Positions 56,170-64,000 of a DNA stretch of 64,000 nucleotides are shown in pieces. Position 1 is the stretch's first letter, and every line of letters begins with the position of its first letter. The notes beneath the pieces are model-generated. The model saw only the letters and a program-made list of their open reading frames with translations. It was not told the origin of the DNA and made no database searches. The stretch is from Deltaproteobacteria bacterium (lineage in GTDB: Bacteria > Myxococcota_A > Polyangia > GCA-2747355). Both the position numbers and the translations under genes were made by a program. The stretch lies in contig JACKDQ010000007.1 in NCBI GenBank assembly GCA_020633415.1, positions 17,507 through 81,506 of the forward strand, given 5' to 3'.

Positions 56170-56186
56170 GGTTGTCAACGACAACC
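56170..56186. promoter_or_regulatory. perfect inverted repeat GGTTGTC-AAC-GACAACC containing a minus-strand TTGACA
   Basis: 7-bp arms located 59-75 nt upstream of ATG 56111. Possible operator and/or -35 element. Confidence 0.3.
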
Positions 56187-56311
56187 TGGGCCGAAATTGC
56201 CACAAATGGCGCCTGCCAGCGGTCGGGCTACGCTTAGTCCGTGATCTCATCTGTTTAGCAGTCTGGCTGAGGCTAGCCCCATCCGCTGCGCTGGCGCGGG
56301 GCCGCTGCCGA

Positions 56312-57247
56312 TCAGCTGTAGCGGGCGGCGGCCTGCTTGAGGGTGACGAACTGGAATCCTTCGTGTTTCAACTGGTTAATTACGCCAAGAAACGCGCGTC
56401 GCTTTTCCGTGTAGGGGATGCGCAGATCCGGTTGGCGCCCGGCCAGCTCGGTCGGAATGCGGTCATCGACGGCGTCGGCGAGGTCGATGCCGTGCAATTC
56501 AAAATTGAAAAATGGCAGTTTGGATACAGCGCCGAGCACGCGCTCGCGCAGCCAACGCGGCCCCGCGGCGAACAGCGTACCGATTGCCGGCAAGCGCATC
56601 CCTGGCAACACGGTGACCGGGAGTTCGATCAGCGGGGCATCGCCGCGTCGCCACGGTCGCTCGCGGTCGGGGCGATAGGGCAATAGCGGCGTCGAAAGCC
56701 CGCGCGGATCGGTCACCACCGCATCTGAACGTCTGCCGCGCAAAAACATCGTGCCCATCACCAGGATCTTGGCCAACCAGTAGGGCGGCGAAGGGAACAT
56801 CGACGTATCGTATTGGTAGCCTTGCGCGCTGAGCGCATCGAGCACGCGGCCGTTGATAAAGTAGCCCGGCGAGCGGAAGCCGACCGGTGCATGGGCGTCG
56901 CTACAGATTTCAGCGATCGTTTCGTGTGCTTGACTGATCTCGCGCGCGATCTCAGCGTCAGGCAACCGGCAGAGGTCATAGGGGTGACTAAAGGTGTGGT
57001 TGGCCAGCTCATGGCCGGCTCCGACCAGTTCTTTGGCCATCCGCTTGGCTATCTCGCTTTGCGTCAGGTCGCGGCCGACGAGGAAGAACGTTGCCGGGAC
57101 GTCGGCTTCGGCGAACAGCTCGATGAAGCGAGGCAGCGCTCGCGCGATGATCGTCCCGGCCAGTTGTTGCGGTGGCTCGCCGAGTCCATGGATCTGGTAG
57201 TATGCAGTAAGCGGATCGAGATCGATGCTGATCGCACAGGTCTTCAT
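56312..57247 (-). CDS. polysaccharide deacetylase family protein (ArnD-like)
   Basis: ISIDLDP..., VPATFFLVGRDL and ELANHTFSHP (NodB-type His motif). Confidence 0.8.
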   Translation of the reverse strand: MKTCAISIDLDPLTAYYQIHGLGEPPQQLAGTIIARALPRFIELFAEADVPATFFLVGRDLTQSEIAKRMAKELVGAGHELANHTFSHPYDLCRLPDAEIAREISQAHETIAEICSDAHAPVGFRSPGYFINGRVLDALSAQGYQYDTSMFPSPPYWLAKILVMGTMFLRGRRSDAVVTDPRGLSTPLLPYRPDRERPWRRGDAPLIELPVTVLPGMRLPAIGTLFAAGPRWLRERVLGAVSKLPFFNFELHGIDLADAVDDRIPTELAGRQPDLRIPYTEKRRAFLGVINQLKHEGFQFVTLKQAAARYS

Positions 57248-57262
57248 CTTTGGAGATCTCTT

Positions 57263-58042
57263 CTAGTCGACGCGCCGAAGCACATAGGTTAACTGGGCAA
57301 GGTTGCGCAAAACGTTGGGGACCCGACGCGTCAGGTTGATCGATGGCGCCCGCTTCTCGACGACGCGCACCGGGATTTCGACGACCGGATGGCGTTCTCG
57401 CTCAGCGCGGATCACAAACTCACTGGCGAAGACGTCCTTGTCCACCACGCAGCGCCCTGCTGTGCCGACCAGCGCGTCTCGTCGGAAGGCCTTCATCCCG
57501 TGGGTGTCTGTGCCGTGAAAGTGCAACAGCACGCGCAGCATGCCGTTGTAGACCATTGTCGCCACATGGCGGAACATCGGTCGGGTGTCTTCGGCACCCG
57601 GAAGCGTCTTGGATCCGACGACCATCGCGGCATCGCCGTCGATCAGCCGCTCCAGCGCGCGCTGGTAAAAGTCGATGTCGCCCAGATCGATCTCGTCGCA
57701 GACGACGAAGGTGCCGCGCGCCCGCAAGATCCCTTCTTTGAGTGCGCGTCCGTAGTTCGGCTCGCCGATCGAAAAGTATTCGACTTCTGTGTAGCGCGCG
57801 CACAGCTCTTGGGCGAGCTCGACGGTGCGGTCGCGGCTGCCGTTTTCTGCCAGCAAGATTTCGAAGCTGTAGCCCAGATCGCGGAGGTTTTCCCGTAGGG
57901 CGATTACCGACGAGGAGATGATCCCTTCCTCGTTGTAGACCGGGATAACGACCGAGAGCAGCGGCGCTTTCGTCGAACCGTCGGGTGATTGACCGGGCAC
58001 GATCTTTAGCGTCGGGCTACGGCGTCGTGGTGGATCGCTCAT
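57263..58042 (-). CDS. family-2 glycosyltransferase, polyprenyl-phosphate sugar synthase-like (ArnC/Dpm1-like)
   Basis: LSVVIPVYNEEG..., EILLAENGSRDRT and VVCDEIDL. The start overlaps the upstream stop (ATGA). Confidence 0.8.
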   Translation of the reverse strand: MSDPPRRRSPTLKIVPGQSPDGSTKAPLLSVVIPVYNEEGIISSSVIALRENLRDLGYSFEILLAENGSRDRTVELAQELCARYTEVEYFSIGEPNYGRALKEGILRARGTFVVCDEIDLGDIDFYQRALERLIDGDAAMVVGSKTLPGAEDTRPMFRHVATMVYNGMLRVLLHFHGTDTHGMKAFRRDALVGTAGRCVVDKDVFASEFVIRAERERHPVVEIPVRVVEKRAPSINLTRRVPNVLRNLAQLTYVLRRVD

Positions 58043-59361
58043 CGATTCTCCTCGACCGGCAGGGCGTCTACCAGCTCCGCGGTCTCTTTGCCCATGCGTA
58101 GGCTGTCTTCCATCGAGTTGTAGATCCAGGCGCCGTATCGGCCGGTCGCATAGATTCTAGCTTGGGTGAGGTAACGGTGGATCGTCTCGAGTGCTGCTTC
58201 GTAGCCGTCGTCGAAGATCACGTAGGCCGGGTCGATTTCGCGCAAATCTGCGAAAACGACATCGTCGACCCGCGAGATCGCCTTGATCTCGACGAGCGAC
58301 TGCAGCGCGTCCTTGACTAGCGCCTGCTGGTCGCTGATCGGCGTGCGGTCAGACAGCTCGACATACAGCGAGGCGCAGCCCGCCGGCGCCATCGAGGGCA
58401 TCGCGTTGGAGAAGATGCCGACGCGGTACACCGGCAAGTGCGGTTCCGGCACGTAAACCCAGTGGTAATCGCTCGCCGGCAGGGCTTTGGTGCCGACATT
58501 GAGGTAGCGCACGCTGGTTGCCCGCAATCTTGCGGCGGCCGCGGTGATTTCCTCGGGGGGGTCCGCGAGCATTTTGACCAACGCTGGCAAGGGCGCCGTG
58601 GCGATCAGTGCGTGATACGGCAGCGTCTCTCCGCCGGCTTCGACGGTGCGTTTGACGGGGTCGATGCGCTCAACCGAGCATCCCGTCGAGACACAGCGAT
58701 CGTCGAGTCGCGAGATCAGCGCCTTGGCAAAGGTTTCGATACCGCCCTGTTTCGGGTAGCGAAAGTGGATGTTGTAGCCAAGCTCAGCCGGGCCCGCGCC
58801 GACCGCGCCGGCGATAATCTGCTCGACGTCGGGAAGTGGGACGAAACGGCTGCACCAGGCGCTGGTGATCTCGCGCGGATGTACCCCCCAAAGCTTATGG
58901 TTGTAAGGGACCATGAAATGCTTGGCGATGCCGGCGCCGAAGTAGTGGTGGATATACTCCTCGAAGTTTCGTGGTGCGTCGCCGCGCGTTTGCTCCGCGC
59001 GCGCATTGAACAGTCCGACCAGACACTCGTGGATCGTCTCGGCCGGCAGACCGTGGAGATTGGCTTGGTAGGGATAGCGCGTCAGCACGCCTTGGGAGTA
59101 GACGCGAGCGATTCGCGCGACCTCGGCCAGCTCGTCGCCCATAAGCTCGTCGGCCAGCTTCTTGAAATAGTCGTCGCGCAGGTGGAGCCAATGGCCGGTG
59201 TGGTCAAAATAGTAACCATCACGCTCTTCGGTGCGCGCCAGGCCACCAAGCCGTTGGCTGCGCTCCAATAAGCGATATCGACCGCGCAGATGTAGCGCAG
59301 CGGAGATACCGGCAAGTCCCCCGCCGATGATCACCGTCATGGGGGTTTCCATGGCCGACAT
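58039..59361 (-). CDS. FAD-dependent oxidoreductase (amine-oxidase / UDP-galactopyranose-mutase-like fold)
   Basis: MTVIIGGGLAGISAALHL...LLERSQRLGGLAR dinucleotide-binding motif. The exact start among several Met codons is uncertain. Confidence 0.7.
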   Translation of the reverse strand: MSAMETPMTVIIGGGLAGISAALHLRGRYRLLERSQRLGGLARTEERDGYYFDHTGHWLHLRDDYFKKLADELMGDELAEVARIARVYSQGVLTRYPYQANLHGLPAETIHECLVGLFNARAEQTRGDAPRNFEEYIHHYFGAGIAKHFMVPYNHKLWGVHPREITSAWCSRFVPLPDVEQIIAGAVGAGPAELGYNIHFRYPKQGGIETFAKALISRLDDRCVSTGCSVERIDPVKRTVEAGGETLPYHALIATAPLPALVKMLADPPEEITAAAARLRATSVRYLNVGTKALPASDYHWVYVPEPHLPVYRVGIFSNAMPSMAPAGCASLYVELSDRTPISDQQALVKDALQSLVEIKAISRVDDVVFADLREIDPAYVIFDDGYEAALETIHRYLTQARIYATGRYGAWIYNSMEDSLRMGKETAELVDALPVEENR

Positions 59362-59510
59362 CTAACACAGTGCGTTGGCCAGGCAAAGGCTCGAACTCCC
59401 AGCAAGATGCCGATCGGGCCACCAAGCGGCAGCCAATAAACAGTTGCGCGCCCAGCGGGCCCATGCCTAAAGTTGCCGCCCCTTTTGGTCGTTTATGGGT
59501 GCGATTGCCA

Positions 59511-61817
59511 ATGCTTACCAAGATTCCTCGGTCCCTGTTCGTCGTGGTGTTTGGCTTGCTGATGTTCCTGCCCCAGCTCGGGTCGTTTGGGCTGTGGGAA
59601 CCGGCAGAAATGCGCCATGCGGATATGGCGCGCGATCTGTCGGCCAGCGGCAACTACCGCGACCTGACGGTCGCTGGCAAACACACGCCCCGACCCGCGC
59701 TTTATAGCTGGCTACTCGCTGCCGGATTCAAGGTGATCGGTGTCGGCGAGCTAGCCGGCCGTTTGCCGATCGCGCTGTGCGCCATCCTCACCTTGCTGCT
59801 GCTCTACCGCACCGGACGCAAGCTCTTCGATCCGACGGTGGGCATGGCGGCGGCGTTTATCGCCGGGACCACCGCGGTATTCATCTTCCAAGCCAGGCAG
59901 ATGACCAGCGACATGGTGTTTTTCGCGACCAGCGTGGCGGCGATCGGCGGAATGCTGTCGTATCTCTGGCCCGCCGACGGGCAACGCAGTCGCCTGGATT
60001 TGGCGCTGGCTTTTTTGGGTTTGGCCCTCGGCCCGTTGGCCCGTGGTTTCGTCGTTGGCGGACTCTATCCGGTGCTGACGATTTTTGTGACCTTGTCGTT
60101 TACGGGTGCGATTCGCCAGCGCCCCACCCGCGACAGCGATGGCCAGGACGTTTTCGCCGCCAACGGCGAAGGGGCGCTCGAAGCCGACACCACGCTCGCT
60201 GCGGCAGTCCGTCAGGCCTGGCGTCCGTTGGCGCTGGTCACGCTTGCGGGACTGGCCGTTGGTTTCGCCGCGATCAGCTCGCTCAAACCGTTTTCCTTTG
60301 CGCTACTCGGTGGGCAGCTGCAGCCCTCGAATTTTCCACCGACCTTCGACGAGGCGCTGCGCGACCTCGGCTTCACCGCGTTCCCCTGGATCGCGATCTT
60401 GCCGATCGCTTTGGGCTACTTCCTTTGGCCCAGCGAAGCTGATCGCGGGCGTGATGCCGTCGGCAAACAGCTGGCGACGGTGGCGCTGATTTTGGGCTAC
60501 CTTTGGACTTCGCTGCAGCCGGCGTTTCTTGGCAAGACGCGTTTCATCGCGTTGCCCTGGATCGCCTTCGCTGTTGCCGTCTTTCTGGTCGAGACTTGGC
60601 GGCGACGCCAGCGTTCATTGGCCTGGGGCGTAATCGCGCTGGCGATCGTGCTGATGATCGCCCAGGACTATTTCGCCGAGCCCGAGTCGTTGGCATTTTC
60701 GCATCTGTTGACCCACGCAGCCTATCCCAAGGCGCTGAATATCAAAGTCTACGTCCAGGTTGTCTTCGGTGTGGTGCTCGGTGGGCTGATGTTCTTCTCG
60801 TTGGCTTGGCCCTGGGGAGCAGAAGCGCCGTCCAAGCCCCCGCGAACCGCCCGACGCGCGGGTACGCTGCGCGCGCTGCTCGACGGTGCCAGCGATGCGG
60901 TGTCGATGGCGAGCTATTGGGTGCGGTTGGGCTTGCGGGCGGGCAGCCGGGTGTTTGGCCCGCAGGGTGGCCGAAATCTCTGGATCGCCAGCGGCTTAAT
61001 GACCCTCGGCTTCGCTGGGTGGTGTGCGTTTTGGCTGACCCCCGAACTCAGCCTGCATCTGTCCAACAAACAACTCTATAAGACCTTTCAGCGCTGCCAC
61101 CAAGGCGACGAGCGTTTGGTTCAATACCTCGTGCCGGGAGGTAGCGCTTCGTACTACGCCAATGGGCCGGTCGAACAGCTACCCAGCCAAAGTGCGCTGT
61201 TCGAGCGGTTGCGTCGGCCTGCGCGGCAGTTCGTGCTCGTTCCGGCGACGCAGCTAGCTCCGCTGCACCAGGCGCTGCGTCGCGCCAACGTGTCCTACTA
61301 TGTGCTCGACGACTCGAGCTCGCAGTATTTGATCCTCTCCAACAAGCTTGCCGGTCGCTGCGATAAGGACCTCAACCCGCTCAGTTCGATCGTGCTTCGG
61401 ACGGCGCCCCGGCCGCAGAAGCCGCTTTACGCCAACTTCGAGGATCGCGTTGAGCTGATCGGCTACGACTTGCCCGACCGCGTGAGTGCAGGCGGCAAGT
61501 TCAAAATCACGCTCTACTTTCGCGTGAAGTCGACGGTGCCCGCGGGCTTCAAACTGTTTGTTCACTTCGACAAGCCGGCCCATCGCTTCCACGGCGACCA
61601 CGAGCCGCTGCAGGGCCGCTTTGCCACGCAATACTGGCTGCCCGGCGACTACATCGTCGACACCCACGAGGTGCCGATTCCGCGGCTAACCACCCCCACG
61701 GGGGTCTACCAGGTGCTCACTGGATTCTGGCAAGGTGAACGTCGTCTGAAGGTCACGGCCGGCCCTCATGATGGCGAGAATCGCGTGCGCTTAGGCAAAC
61801 TTGTGGTTAGTTGGTAG
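59511..61817 (+). CDS. ArnT/PMT-family (GT-C) membrane glycosyltransferase
   Basis: ATG 59511 gives MLTKIPRSLFVVVFGLLMF. The loop-1 motif GLWEPAEMRHADMARDLSASGNY..., then RPALYSWLL and GELAGRLPIAL, is typical of ArnT-like enzymes. About 12 TM helices and a roughly 250-aa C-terminal soluble domain. Confidence 0.75.
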   Translation: MLTKIPRSLFVVVFGLLMFLPQLGSFGLWEPAEMRHADMARDLSASGNYRDLTVAGKHTPRPALYSWLLAAGFKVIGVGELAGRLPIALCAILTLLLLYRTGRKLFDPTVGMAAAFIAGTTAVFIFQARQMTSDMVFFATSVAAIGGMLSYLWPADGQRSRLDLALAFLGLALGPLARGFVVGGLYPVLTIFVTLSFTGAIRQRPTRDSDGQDVFAANGEGALEADTTLAAAVRQAWRPLALVTLAGLAVGFAAISSLKPFSFALLGGQLQPSNFPPTFDEALRDLGFTAFPWIAILPIALGYFLWPSEADRGRDAVGKQLATVALILGYLWTSLQPAFLGKTRFIALPWIAFAVAVFLVETWRRRQRSLAWGVIALAIVLMIAQDYFAEPESLAFSHLLTHAAYPKALNIKVYVQVVFGVVLGGLMFFSLAWPWGAEAPSKPPRTARRAGTLRALLDGASDAVSMASYWVRLGLRAGSRVFGPQGGRNLWIASGLMTLGFAGWCAFWLTPELSLHLSNKQLYKTFQRCHQGDERLVQYLVPGGSASYYANGPVEQLPSQSALFERLRRPARQFVLVPATQLAPLHQALRRANVSYYVLDDSSSQYLILSNKLAGRCDKDLNPLSSIVLRTAPRPQKPLYANFEDRVELIGYDLPDRVSAGGKFKITLYFRVKSTVPAGFKLFVHFDKPAHRFHGDHEPLQGRFATQYWLPGDYIVDTHEVPIPRLTTPTGVYQVLTGFWQGERRLKVTAGPHDGENRVRLGKLVVSW

Positions 61818-61926
61818 CCATGCGCTTTTGCCTTGATGTTTTTTGAAGCAGCGATATAGCTTCGCCTTAATTCAACAGTGTGGTCGGGCGGCGTTTTTAG
61901 AGGACGTCGGGAGGGAGCGCAGGAAG

Positions 61927-62364
61927 ATGTCGATGGGCGATCCGAACCAACATCGCGATCGGCGGTCGTCGCCGCGGGTGCTGCTTGATCTCGAGGTCGA
62001 TTACGGCAGCGAGGAGACGTTTCTCTTCGCCTACATTCGCGACATGAGCGCCTTGGGGATCTTCGTTCGCACCAACAATCCCGAGCCCCAGGGGACCGAG
62101 CTCAATCTGCGCTTTACGCTGCCCGGTGAGCGAGCGCCGCTGGCCGTCGAAGGACGCGTCGTTTGGGTCAATCCGTTTCGTCCCGGAGATGTCAACAACC
62201 TCAACCCCGGAATGGGGGTCAAGTTCGTTCATCTCGACGAAGTCGCCCGCAAGAAGATCCGGCGCTTGGTGCGAACGATCGCCTACCTCGAAGGCGAGGC
62301 CGCCGGCGGTGATGAAGACATCGACGACGTGCCCGTGCCGACGACTCCGAGCACGCTGAACTAG
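61927..62364 (+). CDS. PilZ-domain (TIGR02266-like) c-di-GMP receptor candidate
   Basis: RSSPR (RxxxR) and DMSALG (DxSxxG) followed by EGRVVWVNP...GMGVKFV. Confidence 0.75.
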   Translation: MSMGDPNQHRDRRSSPRVLLDLEVDYGSEETFLFAYIRDMSALGIFVRTNNPEPQGTELNLRFTLPGERAPLAVEGRVVWVNPFRPGDVNNLNPGMGVKFVHLDEVARKKIRRLVRTIAYLEGEAAGGDEDIDDVPVPTTPSTLN

Positions 62365-62403
62365 CGCAACCCGTCTGCAGCAACGCCGCAATACCGTTAC
62401 CGT

Positions 62404-62435
62404 TGAGCTACAGTACCGCTGAGCTACAGTACCGC
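62404..62435. repeat. 2 x 16-bp perfect tandem repeat TGAGCTACAGTACCGC
   Basis: Copies at 62404-62419 and 62420-62435, with degenerate GTACCG-containing flanks. Lies in a convergent intergenic region. Confidence 0.9.
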
Positions 62436-62489
62436 TGAATTGTACGATCGGACCGAGTACGGCTGCCGAGGGTGGTTCGCAGTGCGGCG

Positions 62490-62969
62490 CTAGGAGAGTT
62501 TTTCGGCGAGTGCGCGCGCCACGCACGGCGGAACAAAGCCGCCGACGTCGCGACCAAAGCGGGCGATCTCTTTGACCAGGCTCGAGCTCACGTAGAAGTG
62601 ACGCTCGTCGGTCATCAAGAAAACGGTGTCAATCGCCGCTTCGAGGCGTCGATTCATCGCGGCGAGCTGGAATTCGTATTCGAAGTCGGCGACCGCTCGC
62701 AGCCCGCGAACGATGCTCTTGGCCCCGCGTGCTTTGAGATAATCGACCAACAGGCCGGTAAAGCTCTCGACCTCGATCCGCGCGTCATCACCGATCGCCT
62801 CGCGCAGCAACGCTACGCGCTCATCCGGGGAAAACAACCCGCTCTTGCTGATGTTGACGGCCACGCCGACGACGACCCGGTCGAAGACGTTGAGCGCTCG
62901 CTTGAGTATGTCGAGGTGACCGTTGGTTACCGGATCGAAAGAACCAGGGTATACCGCGAGTTTGGTCAC
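62490..62969 (-). CDS. coaD: phosphopantetheine adenylyltransferase
   Basis: LAVYPGSFDPVTNGHLDI, ...ISSSLVKEI. Confidence 0.9.
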   Translation of the reverse strand: MTKLAVYPGSFDPVTNGHLDILKRALNVFDRVVVGVAVNISKSGLFSPDERVALLREAIGDDARIEVESFTGLLVDYLKARGAKSIVRGLRAVADFEYEFQLAAMNRRLEAAIDTVFLMTDERHFYVSSSLVKEIARFGRDVGGFVPPCVARALAEKLS

Positions 62970-62998
62970 GTTGCCTCCTCTCGGTTAGTCTAGCGCAC

Positions 62999-63562
62999 TT
63001 ATCCGGGTCTGGGCGATTCGGCCGCGCTAGCGAGCTGATAGAGGCATACGGCGCTATCCCCGTAGTCGCGCCGCTTGGCCAGCGTCAAGGCCTCGGCTTG
63101 TGGTGCCTCGACACGTGCCGAAAGCTCGAGGACCAGCAGTCCTGTGGGGGCCAGCTGGGTGGCGAAGGCCGGCAGCAGGGGTGCCGCGTCGATGGCGTAT
63201 GGCGGATCTGCCAGGATCAGCGCGAAGTTCCCGCCCAGGCGCTTTAGTGCGCGTTGCCAATCCTGGCAACAAACTGAGCTCTGTGATCGATACCCCAGGG
63301 CACTAATGTTTTGCCGAATGGAATCGATCGCTTTGGGATTGTTGTCGACGAAGGTCGCGTGGCCCGCGCCGCGACTGAGCGCTTCGAGCCCGAGGGCGCC
63401 GCTGCCAGCGAAGAGGTCGAGCACCCGGCAGCCGTCGAGCGCTAGCCGCGAGCCGAGCATCGAAAAGATCGCCTCTCGCACCCGGTCGGTTGTTGGGCGT
63501 GTCAGGTTGCCGCGGGGTGCAACCAGTCGCCTTCCTCGAGCTTGTCCGGCGATGATCCGCAT
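62999..63562 (-). CDS. rsmD: 16S rRNA (guanine966-N2)-methyltransferase
   Basis: From ATG 63562: MRIIAGQARGRRLVAPRGNLTRPTTDRVREAIFSML, DLFAGSGALGLEALSRG and ILADPPY. Confidence 0.85.
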   Translation of the reverse strand: MRIIAGQARGRRLVAPRGNLTRPTTDRVREAIFSMLGSRLALDGCRVLDLFAGSGALGLEALSRGAGHATFVDNNPKAIDSIRQNISALGYRSQSSVCCQDWQRALKRLGGNFALILADPPYAIDAAPLLPAFATQLAPTGLLVLELSARVEAPQAEALTLAKRRDYGDSAVCLYQLASAAESPRPG

Positions 63563-63634
63563 ATCTCGACTATGCCCAACGTCCAGGCGCGTGCAAAGGG
63601 TTGACCGCCCGCGCTCGGCCGTGGTCGAATTTCG

Positions 63635-64000
63635 ATGATGTTCGAGCATTTAGACCGTGCAGAGCAGGCGGTGGTGTTGGCCGCGATCCTCGCTGGGCGC
63701 GAGCGCCTGGTCGGTATCGCTGCACCGAGTGCGGCGCGTTGCCAGGCAACCCTCGATGGGTTGCGTCGTCTCGATCGCAACCAGCGCCTGGCCCGCGTGC
63801 GGAAAATGACGCGCAGTCTGCTCGCCCCACCGACGACCGCGCTGCAATCGCCGAAGATCGTTGCCTTGCTCGATCAGCAGCCCCTTGAGGTCGGACAAGC
63901 GCTGATCAAGGTTTGGCGGGGCATGGCAAACGATGCCGATCCCGCACTCAAGGCGATGGCCAACTTGCTGCTTGAACATTGTGAGGAGATCGACGATGGC
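63635..64000 (+). CDS. hypothetical protein, 3' end beyond window
   Basis: Open frame from ATG 63635 to the window edge (MMFEHLDRAEQAVVLAAILAGRERLV...). It is missing from the ORF track because no stop is reached. Third positions are mostly G/C. It competes with minus-strand ORF 63650..63979. Confidence 0.4.
   Translation, partial: MMFEHLDRAEQAVVLAAILAGRERLVGIAAPSAARCQATLDGLRRLDRNQRLARVRKMTRSLLAPPTTALQSPKIVALLDQQPLEVGQALIKVWRGMANDADPALKAMANLLLEHCEEIDDG

Noticed and set aside
63650-63979. 109-aa minus-strand ORF
   Set aside because: It competes with an open plus-strand frame (63635 to the window end) that has a more protein-like composition and G/C-rich third positions. The minus-strand ORF would also leave rsmD without an upstream region.
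1-64000. Mobile elements, genomic island boundaries, toxin-antitoxin or known defence systems
   Set aside because: No integrase, transposase, recombinase, reverse transcriptase, terminal inverted repeats, tRNA attachment site or abrupt compositional shift was seen. The only lower-G+C patches are short promoter regions.

Overview
This is a gene-dense, high-G+C chromosomal segment (roughly two thirds G+C by eye, not computed). About 55 protein-coding genes can be supported. I recognised no rRNA, tRNA, CRISPR array, integrase, transposase or prophage signal.

The lineage is inferred to be Myxococcota. The evidence is a MYXO-CTERM-type C-terminal sorting tag, two TIGR02266-like PilZ domains, two FHA/sigma-54 enhancer-binding proteins, a bactofilin, a PilT-family ATPase and at least 12 lipobox lipoproteins.

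Housekeeping anchors are alaS, pyrE, rpsU, udk, coaD and rsmD.

Blocks worth attention:
1. 10.2-20.1 kb: a secreted, matrix-like module. It comprises a thrombospondin type-3 repeat protein with a MYXO-CTERM tag behind a candidate sigma-54 promoter, followed by a tightly coupled five-gene lipoprotein operon (two VWA+TSP3 paralogues, a PPC-repeat protein, a BNR/propeller-like protein and a small lipoprotein).
2. 28.9-31.9 kb: a co-transcribed pair in which a Ser/Thr-kinase-like protein has lost every catalytic residue and the downstream SF2-helicase-like protein has lost its P-loop.
3. 49.2-53.8 kb: an operon linking a UbiA prenyltransferase, a CruF/DUF422-like membrane protein, an STT3-like GT-C protein with a degenerate WWDxG motif, and a TPR protein.
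4. 56.3-62.4 kb: an ArnC/ArnD/ArnT-like lipid-linked sugar modification module with an FAD oxidoreductase and a canonical PilZ receptor.
5. 0.3-4.9 kb: an FHA-sigma54 activator translationally coupled to secreted ASH-like, TPR-like and Kelch proteins.
6. Small DNA-level oddities, notably a 15-bp triple tandem repeat that copies a shared stop-codon site at the 3' end of rpsU.

All calls rest on reading the translated ORFs and the DNA by eye. No homology search was run. Family names are pattern recognition from memory, and start codons are best guesses.
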